From NCBI GenBank assembly GCA_964035545.1, contig CAXIUT010000031.1, positions 1 through 21,888 of the forward strand: DNA of 21,888 bases, in the 5' to 3' direction. Positions 1 through 10,800 of the stretch are shown one piece after another. The stretch's first letter is position 1. Each line of letters starts with the position of its first letter. A program made the position numbers and the translations under genes. Under the pieces are notes generated by a model. That model did no database searches. It had not been told where the DNA came from and saw only the letters and a program-made list of their open reading frames with translations. Source of the DNA: Bugula neritina. Taxonomy: Eukaryota > Animalia > Bryozoa.

Positions 1-76
1 CCCAACCCCAACCCCAACCCCAACCCCAACCCCAACCCCAACCCCAACCCCAACCCCAACCCCAACCCCAACCCCA
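1..76 (+). repeat. Left telomere, CCCAA(CCCCAA)11CCCCA
   Basis: Perfect C4A2 hexamer array at the window start, in the orientation expected for a left chromosome end (Tetrahymena-type repeat). Confidence 0.98.
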
Positions 77-146
77 GCTAATTTATTAATATTTTTGTAT
101 CAGAATAATAAAATATGATGATAAATATAGTTTATTGTTAGATTTG

Positions 147-1007
147 ATGCAGAACATTGAAATTCGTAAAAACAAAAACAAAAGAACAATATAAAGTTTG
201 ATAGAAGATAGTGCTATTGACTCCTCTTTCAATCATTAAGCACAATAACTAAAAAAGGCCTTTAACTAAACTATCATAACAATGAATATCAAAAATGCTT
301 AGCAAGAAAAATAAATTTAAAAGTTAAAGATAACTGTCAAAGAGTATGAAAATCATAAGAATCATTACGATAAAATAATGAGAAAAATGTAAGAATAAAT
401 AAATGCAAAGAATAATAAATTGAATTAGTTGTCTTTACAGTTGAGATAGGTCAAGAAGAAAATGCATTATTATTAATATAAGTTAGAATGTATTCATTAA
501 AATAGAAATCTTTTGGATGCTGAGGATATCTCTTATCAAGAATAAGGGTAAAAATAAAATATTAAGAAAAAATTAAAAAATTAAATCTATTCAGAATTTA
601 CTCAGTTGATTAGTCATAAAATAGAACATTTTACTAAAGATCTTAAAAGAATGACGATTTCTAGAAAGCTTTAAGATAGAATTTAAACATTTCTTTAAGA
701 ATTGATTTTTATCAGTCCTTATTCAGAATATCAAATAGAACCAATCAGGCAACAAAGAAGACAAGAAATGGTTGGAAAAATTAGAAAATAATCAAGATAT
801 TAGGGACTGAATCAGGAAGATGAGTGGAAAATGATGGAAAAATCAGTTGAAAAACTTAAGAGTATCAATAAATAAAGACAAAATGTGGCAAATAATGAAA
901 GAAATTCTTTTGGAAAACAGGTTGCTTTTGTTCTAGAGAGTCCTTTAAGATAGTATCCCATAGATAAGAGTTTAAGTGTAAGTAAAAGAAGAAATTTATT
1001 TAATTGA
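147..1007 (+). CDS. Hypothetical coiled-coil protein (~286 aa, TAR=Glu); start uncertain
   Basis: TGA-free frame ATG147..TGA1005-1007, K/E-rich heptads (KNAEQEKEIEKLKITVKEYE). The frame is also open upstream to the telomere. Confidence 0.62.
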
Positions 1008-1088
1008 TATTTTTTAAGTTTATAATACTTGTTTTGAAATGATAAATTAATCCCAATAAGTATAAATTATTATGTAGTTGAAAGTTCA

Positions 1089-1385
1089 ATGATAAATATC
1101 TCAAAGAAGGGAAGTTATAAAGACTGCATACTTGTATCAATAATAAGAAATAAGTCTATGCTGAAATTATCTACTGAAGTATATTACTTTAAAAAGCTAA
1201 ATTCTTAAAAATTTGCTTAAATTTTAGAATTCTAATCATTGGAAAGTTTCATCAATTCTTTTGAAGTTAGGACAAAAATAAAGTCGAACGACGAAATATA
1301 AGAAGAGACAAAAAAGATAGCAAATAAAATAAAATCCATCTACAATCTAATCAGTATGATAGATCAAAATGGTTCAAGTGTATGA
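1089..1385 (+). CDS. Small hypothetical protein (~98 aa)
   Basis: ATG1089..TGA1383-1385, A-rich sense strand, fills the gap between two genes. No recognisable motif. Confidence 0.35.
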
Positions 1386-1443
1386 TTAATCTTATTATGA
1401 TAATATTATTTCTATCAAGTTATAAAAACATTTTATTGTAAGA

Positions 1444-2952
1444 ATGGCTAATTTTTTCTAAACACTTGATAGTGAGGAATTGAAAGAGCTTATACCATAA
1501 ATACCTGATACAAATGAGGAGGAAATAAATGAAATGAGATAGTTAGTATTAAGATATACATCACAAACTCATTTTTTTTAATCTCTTAGAAATAACTATT
1601 CTTTTTTTAAGGAATTTACGAGATAGAATTTGAAGGAGTTGATGAAAACAGGTGAGATATTTCGAGTAAAAAAGGCTAGGAGTCATATGATAATTAATTT
1701 TAATCAACCTACAGTATGTATAGTTGTTTTTGGATAGTTGACAGTATATTAAAAAAAGTTCACTACAGGTCAATTCTTTATTAACATTGGATAAAAGATG
1801 TAAATTTATTTTAATCATAAAACTACAATGGTAATGCTGCATAAATAAGATTTATAAAATCAGCTTTATAAGTTATAAAATTACTATTTCATGAAGAAAC
1901 AACTAGAGAAAATATTACCTATTGAAGAGTTACAGATAAATAAAAAACAACTTCATTGTTTACTTGATTGTGCAAAGTCTTTTTAAGGTCTTTAGGTGGG
2001 AAAGACTATCAATAAAGAGGGAGATTCTTAGAAAGGATTATATATATTGTATTAGGGAACTTATTCTTTAAAACTTAGTTCAGGAATTAGCTTTTCATAG
2101 ATGAGTTATGATTATTTTGGTTAATAAATTTTATGGAAAAATAGTTTTTAATTTGATTTTGAGGCTCTTTCATGTCCTTATAGATTTATTTTTATATCTA
2201 AAAATCAACTTCAATCTATACTGACAAACGATAATATTAATAAGATGCAATAAATGCATAAAAAAAGAAATGGATAAAGGAAGAAGATGATAGAAAATAT
2301 ATCAATGAATTTGTAGTTGACAAAACAGTATTTTCAGAAGAAAGATTCTGGGCATAAAATTAATAATTTGTCTTATCAATAGTTAAATGGAAAAACAACT
2401 CAAAAACCAAAAACAAAGCAAGTTATTATGTAAAACAGAAAAAGTAAATCGAGAATGTTACCTTAAAAACTTCTTAAAAAACTATCTTCAAAAAACAGTG
2501 AAGATTTTTAAAAGTAAGATAATAAGAAGATATTGTTATCAACTATGCACTCTAACTTTCAAAGTAAATTATATAAAGATCAAAAGGCTCAAACTCAAAG
2601 GTTATTTAGAAAAAGAGTAGTTACTGAAAATTCTTTAAAATAATAAAAGTCTTTAGATCAATAGTTTCCAGTTCGGAAAAAGAGAGCAAAAACATAGATA
2701 AAATAGATAGAAAATGTACCTAAAAATATGTCTTTACTTTTAAATTATTATTAGAGTACAAAATGGATGAAAAAATCAGATTAGAAGGACAAAAATAAGA
2801 ATGAGGAAAAAAATAGCGACTTCAAAATATATTTAGCTTCATCAAGAGAAAGAAGACTCATTACCAATATGAAAATGCATAAATAAATATTTTTTAAAGA
2901 TTATTTTGATGTTAAACAGGATGAAAAGAAAACTTTCAAAAACTGGAAATGA
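1444..2952 (+). CDS. Cyclic nucleotide-binding domain protein (~502 aa)
   Basis: Uninterrupted frame ATG1444..TGA2950-2952. Contains GKTINKEGDSEKGLYILYEG...DYFGEEIL (FGE motif, with TAA at 2122 read as E), a degenerate upstream cNMP-like repeat, and a low-complexity K/S tail. Confidence 0.85.
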
Positions 2953-3121
2953 TTTACTCCTTTATACTACCTTCTTTTCAAAAAATTACTTTAATTAAAT
3001 ATTTTACAGTCTTTATAATGATACATAGCATAAATTGATTTTTCGATTAATTGATTTTAATATTAGCAGCTTTAATTATCATATCTTTAAAATATAAAGT
3101 TGATAATCTTTATATCTGATG

Positions 3122-4332
3122 ATGGACTTTGAAGCGTAAAGTAATGAAGCTTTTGTTTAATTTCTAGATGAACCATGCAAAGAGGTAAAATACATTAGAT
3201 TTAGATTCAAATAGGTATCAGTTAAAACATTCCTCGAGATTCTGGTCTTTCAGGTTATACAGCCTATGTTATAAATGTTTCTCATCCAAAAGAGTTAAAA
3301 GTCTAAAGAAGGTATCGATAATTTGATGCTTTAAGAGAAGCTTTAGTTCAGAGATGGCCTGGAGTTTATATTCCTTTCTTACCTCCAAAACATACATCAG
3401 GCAACAGTAATTTACGTATTGTCAATTAAAGAATGAAATATCTCACTTATTTTCTAAATTGTATAGCAAAGATTAATTATCTGTATATGAGTGAGTAATT
3501 TCAGTTATTTTTGAATTCAAGCAGTTCTGATATGAAGAAAGTCTTTGAGAAAATGCCTAAGCCAACATATTAGTCAATAGTTCTCAAGTACTAAAAGATA
3601 TTCCCTTAAATTAAACCTAATATTGCTCAAAAAATTGAATTGCTTGCTAGAGTTAAAGATTAAATTGCTCCTTTTACAAAGGAACTTAAATAAACTGATA
3701 TTGTTCTTGTTAATATCAAAAAAGATCTCTATAAGTTGGCTGTAAAAAGATAGGAATATCTTAAAAGTTTAGGCAATCTTTTCTTTGATGCTTTGCCAGC
3801 TTTCTAAAAGTATATGAGTGGAACTTGCTAAGAAGCAACAACTGTTTTATCAAATGACTAAAAACTTAATAATACTATCAAATAGGCTAAAATATCAAAA
3901 GCTCAAAGTTACTGGTTGATCTACTAAGCAGTTCGTTTGGAGATTTTAGACACTAGAACTGTTTTTGATTTACTTCACAAGAGAGGAGACATCTAAAGAG
4001 AATAATAAAGAATTCAAAAAAAGATAGTTACTAATGATGAGGAACTTAATAGCATTAAAAACAAGAAAAAAACCCTAAAAACCTTTTTTAATAGCAATAC
4101 TGAAGAATTATCACGTCAGCTCGAATCATAAAATTAGTTTCTTAGGAGTTAGTTAAATTATATTCAACAGACAATAATATATGTAAACTAGCTAGTTCTT
4201 CAAAAGGTGATAATGTAGTTCAAATAGAAGAGAATTCGATTGTGGAAAAAAGCCAATCGCAAGATGATCGAGGAAGAGTTATAATTGAGTATAATATTTA
4301 GAAATTTTTATAAAATGATCTAAGGAAAATGA
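3122..4332 (+). CDS. PX-domain (sorting nexin-like) protein with C-terminal coiled coil (~396 aa), one intron at 3185-3204
   Basis: SGYTAYVI...VERRYREFDALREALVQRWPGVYIPFLPPK...ERMKYLTYFL...SEEFQLFL. The 20-nt intron joins ATG3122 to the PX frame. An alternative intronless start is ATG3175. TGA at 4330-4332. Confidence 0.9.
3185..3204 (+). other. 20-nt spliceosomal intron
   Basis: GTAAAATACATTAGATTTAG; removal puts ATG3122 in frame with the PX domain. Confidence 0.7.
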
Positions 4333-4361
4333 TAATATATGATGTAAATAGATCATTGTGG

Positions 4362-4912
4362 TCACATATTGTATTTTTTTTGGTATTAATAATTTTTTCT
4401 AAAAGATTAGAGGAAGTTAGGAGGAAGCTGAATATCTTCTTAAGGATAGGCACATAATCCGTTTTAGGCATTTATTATTTGTTTCTAAATAATATCAATT
4501 ATACAGAATAAGATTAACGTTACTTTTTTGTTCCTCCTTTGTGATTTAATTTGATATGTAAATTCATAGATATAGTTGATTTGTATACTCTACCGCAGTC
4601 AGTATAAGGACAGCTGCAATTTTAACTTTTGTATGTTCTTCTTTAGGAATATGGTTTATTAGCTGATCTTTTTTTTTTTTTTTTGGGAACATGAGGTTTT
4701 TGTATTTTTTGGTTGTTTTGGATTTAATTTTCTTATTAATTTTGATCATTTTGTTCATTATTTAGTAATTATTGTTGGATGAGCAGTTGTTGAGCGACAG
4801 TTTTTTCAAGTTATAAATTTTATTGATTGATAGTTGATAATTCTAGATTGAGTTGATTGCAGGTGTTGAGGAGGTTGTTGTAGAGTATTTCCCATGGAAC
4901 AATATGATTCAT
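4362..4912 (-). CDS. C2H2 zinc-finger protein (~176 aa), one intron at 4485-4504
   Basis: CPYTDCGRVYKSTISMNLHIKLNHKGGTKKERE, then KQIINAE...LPPNFLE after splicing. Spliced length is 531 nt, ending in TGA. Confidence 0.85.
4485..4504 (-). other. 20-nt spliceosomal intron
   Basis: GTATAATTGATATTATTTAG; restores the frame of the zinc-finger C-terminus. Confidence 0.85.
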
Positions 4913-4981
4913 AATTGGAAATATATTATGAAAATCAGTAATTTAAAATAGATAATAGAGAAATTAGCTTTTTTATATTTA

Positions 4982-5788
4982 TCATTACCATCTTGATTTT
5001 AAAAAGTTATCAATATTTCCTACTTTCCATGTACTTTATTAAGTATAAATAAATTTTATTAGTTTCTAAAGATCTGGATTACTACTACTTACTGAAGGTA
5101 AACTTTTCATCATTTGCATCATTGATTGAGCACTAAAGTAACTCAAATACTCGAATGTTAAATTATGTGCCTATTATCTTGATATCTCTTATTCAGTTTT
5201 AGGAACTAGCTTTGTCTTGGATAATATAGTTGCCTATAAAGACATGAGAACTGGTAGTCCTTTTGTTGTCATTAATGATACTGGATTAAATTAGGCAGGA
5301 ACGTACATACTTATAAATTCATTTGGGCCTTTCATTTTATTAAAAGATGTATTATTTTACCTTTTATGTTATGCTCCTAAAGCGACTGAAAACTTATTAT
5401 AAAATATTTGGGATGTTTTGTTTTAGTTTATTAATTTGCTTACACCTCCTTGAGTCAATAAAGGATGTAGAAGAGATGGTTGGACGACTAAACCTTATAA
5501 TTTTAATGAATTTTTTGTTGATACTAGTTCTAGAAGAGATAGGTAGATACTAAAAAATGAAATATCTCTTGGCAAAAGAGATGATATCCTTGGTTAATCT
5601 GGCGGATATGATTTAATTCCACCAAATTTATAAGGAAACTACTTATTTCCTTCAACAGCTTGATCTTTATTTCCTTCTTCCTTCATTGGTGTGGTAATGG
5701 GTTATTCTTTTTGGTTTTAATTGATATTTTTGAAGACATCTCTGGTGTGTCTGACAGCCCAGGATATTTTTTTATTTAATAGTTGCAT
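4982..5788 (-). CDS. Hypothetical protein (~268 aa)
   Basis: ATG5788..TGA4984-4982, 807 nt with no internal TGA. Globular-looking C-terminus (HNLTFE...WKVGNIDNFL) and a basic N-terminus that could be a mitochondrial presequence (inference). Confidence 0.75.
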
Positions 5789-5816
5789 AATTTATTATTT
5801 TTGAATTATCTATAAA

Positions 5817-6524
5817 TCAATGTTTAGCTTTTTTATTTCTTAAATAAGCTATATATTATTCTTTTGTCATTTTTTTTGTAGTTGCTGATTTTGGTATCAT
5901 TTTATGTGATCTATTTTTCTATTTCTTTTCATGTGATTATCCTCTCTTTTCTTATGATTTTTTTGATAGTTATCTTGGTGATTTCTTGGGTGCTGTCTTA
6001 GGTGATACTCTTACTGTGTATTATTAATTGGATGGTATATCTAAAAATGTAACTTTGTTTTTATTGGGAGTATGACTTTTATCCTTATTAATTCTGTTCT
6101 ATTTCTATTGGCTTGTTTTATCTATTTCTACTTCTTTAAAAGGACTTCTACTTTGACTTCTTTACTTGTTATTAATCGATAGCATAGGCGATGATTGTTT
6201 TGATGCAATGGGAGATTATATTTTGATATTACATAAATACTTATGATACTTTTTGGTGAAGTCAACTAGTAATTTTCTACTTCTGAGGATTAGTTGTATT
6301 CTATAGTCATTCCAATTATTTTAGAAGAATTTATCAATATCGTTGATTCTTTTTTTGAGAACTACTAAGATAGGTAATCTATATTCTTCATGCATGACTT
6401 TTATTTAGCATTATGTAAGAAACTATCTGATTTATTCTTCAATATAGGGTAGGAACTATATTTTCATTTGATATTTGAAATAATAGATACACTCTTTTTG
6501 ATTTTACTATCTTTTCTAGTTCAT
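5817..6524 (-). CDS. Hypothetical protein with S/T-P-rich basic tail (~235 aa)
   Basis: ATG6524 (alternative 6467)..TGA5819-5817, 708 nt open. Ends MTKEEYIAYLRNKKAKH. Confidence 0.72.
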
Positions 6525-6556
6525 TTAATATATTATTTATTATTTATAAATAAAAA

Positions 6557-7387
6557 TCATTGCTACATCTATTCTAGAGAATCTACGATTTGATACAAAT
6601 TTTGTAGACGTTTTTTCAATGATATTATCAAAGGTAATCTACTGCTATAACTAGCAACTTATTATGACTAGTTATCAAGGACAAGACTTTTTGATATTTT
6701 ATGTTTATTTTATACCTATTATGGATTAGTTATAATATTTTTATTGTTTTTATACTATATGATAGGAGTGGTTTCATTAGATGTTTATGTTTTTGATCTA
6801 ATAGATGATTTTTTTATTTTATTTTTGCATCTTTCGTTTATTCTTTGCTAATGATATATTATATTCTACATCCTTTTATTATCTTTTTGTAATTTAAAAA
6901 ATGCCTTCTTATTCTATCTTATCTTCATCTATTATTATAACTTCTTCTATTTTATTTCATCTTCTTTTTGTCTTCTCATTATCGCTCGACCAGATTCATA
7001 CTATTTCTGTTTCTTTATACGATTTACAAACATCCTTGCTTTCTCTTCCAAAATAGAACCTTCATCAAGATATAAATCTGACTAATTTTATTAGAATATC
7101 AACTTTTTTTGTCTATTTACTCGAGGTAAAGATCTCTCTTCTCTCCTATATATCTAATTAATAGAATTTGTTCTATAATCTGAATATTAATAAGGCTAGA
7201 TAGATTGTTTGTAATGTTTATTTTTATGTTTTTCTTTTTATAGATTATTTTTGTAGATTTTACCTGACTTTTGAGTGAGAATGCGATCGATTATTTTTCT
7301 TCCTCTTTATATTTTAACTCCTCTGCCTTGGAGGGGTGTTTGTAGTTGATTTGTTTATTTATTTAGTTTTTCTTTTTATTATTTCAT
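6557..7387 (-). CDS. Hypothetical K/E/R-rich coiled-coil protein (~276 aa)
   Basis: ATG7387..TGA6559-6557, 831 nt with no internal TGA. Confidence 0.7.
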
Positions 7388-7412
7388 ATATAAATAATAA
7401 TAAATTCAAGTA

Positions 7413-8975
7413 TCATTGACTTTTAATTCCCAAAAGATTGAGAAAATGCTTTCCTGCAGGACTTGAATTCAACTTAGATTTATTTTTTTTAACCTAAGCT
7501 AACAAATAATCTCTTCCTCCTTTCTCAATCAATCCTAATAAAACAAAAGCTGCTTTAGTTGTTATGAATGGCTAGATATTTTTAACAATTATTTTTGAAA
7601 ACTAATCACAGAAATAATCTACTACTTCATCTGGTAACCATAAAATACTTTTAATTATTTTATTAGCGTTGTTATCTGCACAAAGACTACTTTCAAAAGA
7701 TTTATTTTTTAGACATTGTTTGGCATCTTCAAGGTATGCTTTAGATATTTTACTGACTAATTTGTTGTATGATTCATTTTATCCATCTTCTTGTAAACTT
7801 TTATATAAAGCTACTATTAACTTATTATTGATGTGATGTTTTAAAATTTGATTGAGAGGTTCTCCTTATAAGAAGTTAAAGATAGAACTATAGAGATGAG
7901 TTCTTAGTTATTTTTTTCTTAGTTATTATGACTTTTTGCATTAGCTGTGTTGAACTGTATGTTAATATTTTCCTAAAATATTGAAGTTGTGAGTTCTTGG
8001 CGAAAAAATAGAAAAAACTATCCTGAAAACGTTTTGATTTGTTAGCATTTCAGGTAGTAATGTTTATATTTCTGGTAATATAAATTTTTGTAGTTGTACT
8101 GTATCATCTACTTCTGATAGGAGTTTGACTATTGTGATATAGGCTGGGGTGTGGCTTTTGATTATATCTGATATTTATGTTTTAAAGGTTTTTATTAAGG
8201 TTTTTTTATGTTTTGCATCACAAATATTTATCACTTAGATAAATAAACGAACTCCTTCTTCATCTTTTATCCACTAGAACATCCTATTGCCCAATAGTAC
8301 TTATAATACTTTTTGTTTTTAGTCTGTAAACATTGATTGAAGTGATAGTCTTAGTATTTGTTTTGATAGATGAAGAGTAAAATACTACTTCTAAATACAC
8401 TTTAAGGCTAGATTATGAAGTGTTTCTTGAGATTTGATATCATTTTATTTGCTTTTTTACCAAATGCCATAAAATTTATCTTTAATTTGTCTATTTATTT
8501 AAAAACTATGATTTCCACATTGTTCTAGAGCTTGAGCTCCTTCTTCTGAAGACTGCATGAGGACTGCATCTTCAACAGCTCCAGGAAAACTGAAATCTTT
8601 GCCTATTTTTTGTAATAAGTAGAGGGCATATTTAGATCTAACTATATCTTTCCAGTTGGTGATGATGGATCGATAGATAGCATTTTTTATTTTATCACCA
8701 CCCCATTTGTATATAAGATATAAAACTCTTCCTCCTTGCTTTTTTATCATAAACTGAGGGAGAAAAGGTTTGACTTCTTCATAATATTTGTTTGATTTTT
8801 ATATTCTTTATTCTACTTTTACTTCGAGCATGGTTTGGATGGTAGGTAGTTGTTGTAGGTTGGTATTCTTTCTAAATCCTTTTGGTTCTTATTTGGTTTA
8901 GTCGTGAGTTGGTTTGTTTGATTTGTTGTTGTACTTGTCTTTGTTGATGGGTTTGTTTTTGTGCTATTTGGACAT
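7413..8975 (-). CDS. PUF6: Puf6/PUM3 (Puf-A) family nucleolar Pumilio-repeat protein with CPL domain (~520 aa)
   Basis: GGRVLYLIYKWG, RSKYALYLLQK, DAKHKKTLIKTFK, EVDDT, FSPR, CKKSEELRKKELR and KAAFVLLGLIE occur in the order known from Puf6/PUM3. 1563 nt open from ATG8975 to TGA7415-7413. Confidence 0.88.
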
Positions 8976-9030
8976 CTTTTTGTATTGTTGAATAAATTAT
9001 ATTAAAGATATTTATAATACTAAATGGTTA

Positions 9031-10668
9031 TCAAACAGAAAAGGCCTGAATAAAGGTGTTGAATTGTATTCCTTAAGAAGAGGATCTCTACATCATTTGA
9101 AGTCGCTTCATAATCAATGCCAAATCTCTATTTCTATAAAAAGTGTTGGCATAGAGGTTGACATAGCATACTAGATCTTCAATAGATAGATAACCTTTAT
9201 TATTCAAATCCAAATCTGACACCTAAAAACACTAATTCTTCAAACATTTAATCGAAGCACATTACAACACACAGTTCTACCAATGATTTTGCGCCAAGAC
9301 CAACAATTCTATCAACTCTTCAATAGATGTTGATGATTTATCATGGCCAAAAGGATTGTGTTAATCAGGACCGACAGATATAATTTATTTCAATGTTTTG
9401 TTATCTATATTTATACCTTTCTTTTCAATGGCATTTTAAAGTTCTGTCCATTTATTTTATTTATTGATTTTAGCGAAGTAGATTCTTGCTTTGGTGAGGT
9501 TGCTATCAAAATTGATTTGTTAGTTGATTTTGGATGCGATTCTGATGGTATGTTATTTGGTTTTGAATTGTTAATTTTGTATTTTTGGTTTTATTATTTA
9601 TATTTTCTTTTTGTTTGTCTATGATTCATTTATTGTTGATTTTATTCTTATCAGTTGCTCATCTAACATCTTTGCTGCTCCGTTTATCTTGTTCTCTTTT
9701 GTGTTGTCTATCTATAAATATGATATCTAGTGATATTTCTCTCTTCTTATTTGCTTTTTCGGAGAAGGGGTTTTTATGTGACTCAAAGATTTCTAGATAT
9801 TGTTGGAATTTTGTTTGAAGACTGATTTATGATGTGTTATTTTTGGGATTTATTTGTTGTTTTATCTGTTATTTAATCTTTGTTTTCTACGATTTTATAT
9901 CATCTTATCAAGGTCTGTTCTAGTTTAAGTAGGTTAATGATCATATACTTTTTTATTTGTTTTTATTTTAGGAATCTACTACTATTAATTTTGTTTCAAT
10001 ACTTCATTCCACCATGAACTAGCTTATTCTTATTTTCTTTAATAACTATTATGAATAAATCCTTTATTTTTTTATTCTTCTAGATATTTATTTCTAATTC
10101 CTTTCATTTGATCAGATTTGGGTTGATATTCCTCACTCTATAAGTAGTCTAATTGAGGATAATTTCTTTTCTTTTATGATATTTATATTTAATTAAATCT
10201 ACTAATGGGAGTATCCTATCTTTCTTTTCCTCTTTATCTGGGATTAGATCCTTGTATTTTTTTTATTCGATCAATTAATCCAAAATCAGGCGATTTATCA
10301 TGTTCTTTTCTATCGGTGGGTCTAGCTGATCGACATGATTAGTTATTTTAACAATACTTTTATTTTTTTACCATATTAAGCAAACCAGTTATCTTATCAT
10401 TTATACTATCGATATTATTGACCTTCATATCGAATCCTCTCCTCTTGGCATTCTACCTCTTTGTTATCATACTATCATTGCTTCTGGCATAGATATCATT
10501 CTAGTGAATTGAATTTGTAGGATATGTTTCTGTTAGTGGTATATTTTATTATAGTTTTCTTCTTAGGTCGTTATTGGTGTTTATTGTTTGTTTAGTTCTT
10601 TTGTTGGTGTAGTGATCGGTTTAGTAGGTATTTTACTTGTCGTATTTTTTATCGTAATTGCGATTCAT
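9031..10668 (-). CDS. Low-complexity protein with C-terminal EF-hand region (~545 aa)
   Basis: ATG10668..TGA9033-9031, 1638 nt open. EF loop DLNNKGYLSIEDL near the C-terminus. Confidence 0.8.
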
Positions 10669-10730
10669 TTTATAAATAAAAATTATTATAACGACTAGAT
10701 GCTTGCTAATCATTCTCCATAAAAAGAAAA

Positions 10731-10799
10731 GGGGTTGGGGTTGGGGTTGGGGTTGGGGTTGGGGTTGGGGTTGGGGTTGGGGTTGGGGTTGGGGTTGGG
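10731..10799 (+). repeat. Internal telomeric array (GGGGTT)11GGG; right telomere of the first minichromosome
   Basis: Perfect G4T2 array in right-end orientation, 62 bp from ATG10668, followed abruptly by mid-ORF sequence. Confidence 0.97.
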
Positions 10800-10800
10800 A

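Noticed and set aside
4807-4895. Alternative start MGNTLQQPPQH (myristoylation-like) for the zinc-finger gene
   Set aside because: That frame hits TGA after about 30 codons, whereas ATG4912 is in frame with the finger.
5043-5062. 20-nt GTA...TAG segment on the + strand
   Set aside because: It lies antisense within the 4982-5788 gene, lacks the -6 A, and splicing it yields no long ORF.
8904-8915. AAACCAACTCAC on the minus strand, resembling the Tetrahymena chromosome breakage sequence
   Set aside because: Imperfect match, inside Puf6 coding sequence and far from any telomere. I saw no shared motif beside the four telomere junctions.
1444-8975. Standard ciliate code (TAR=Gln, table 6), suggested by the Tetrahymena-type telomere
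   Set aside because: It would give FGQQ, RKKQL and RQSRHED at motifs where Glu is conserved. One site (PH[TAA]C in the Pcf11-like gene) would suit Gln but is outweighed.
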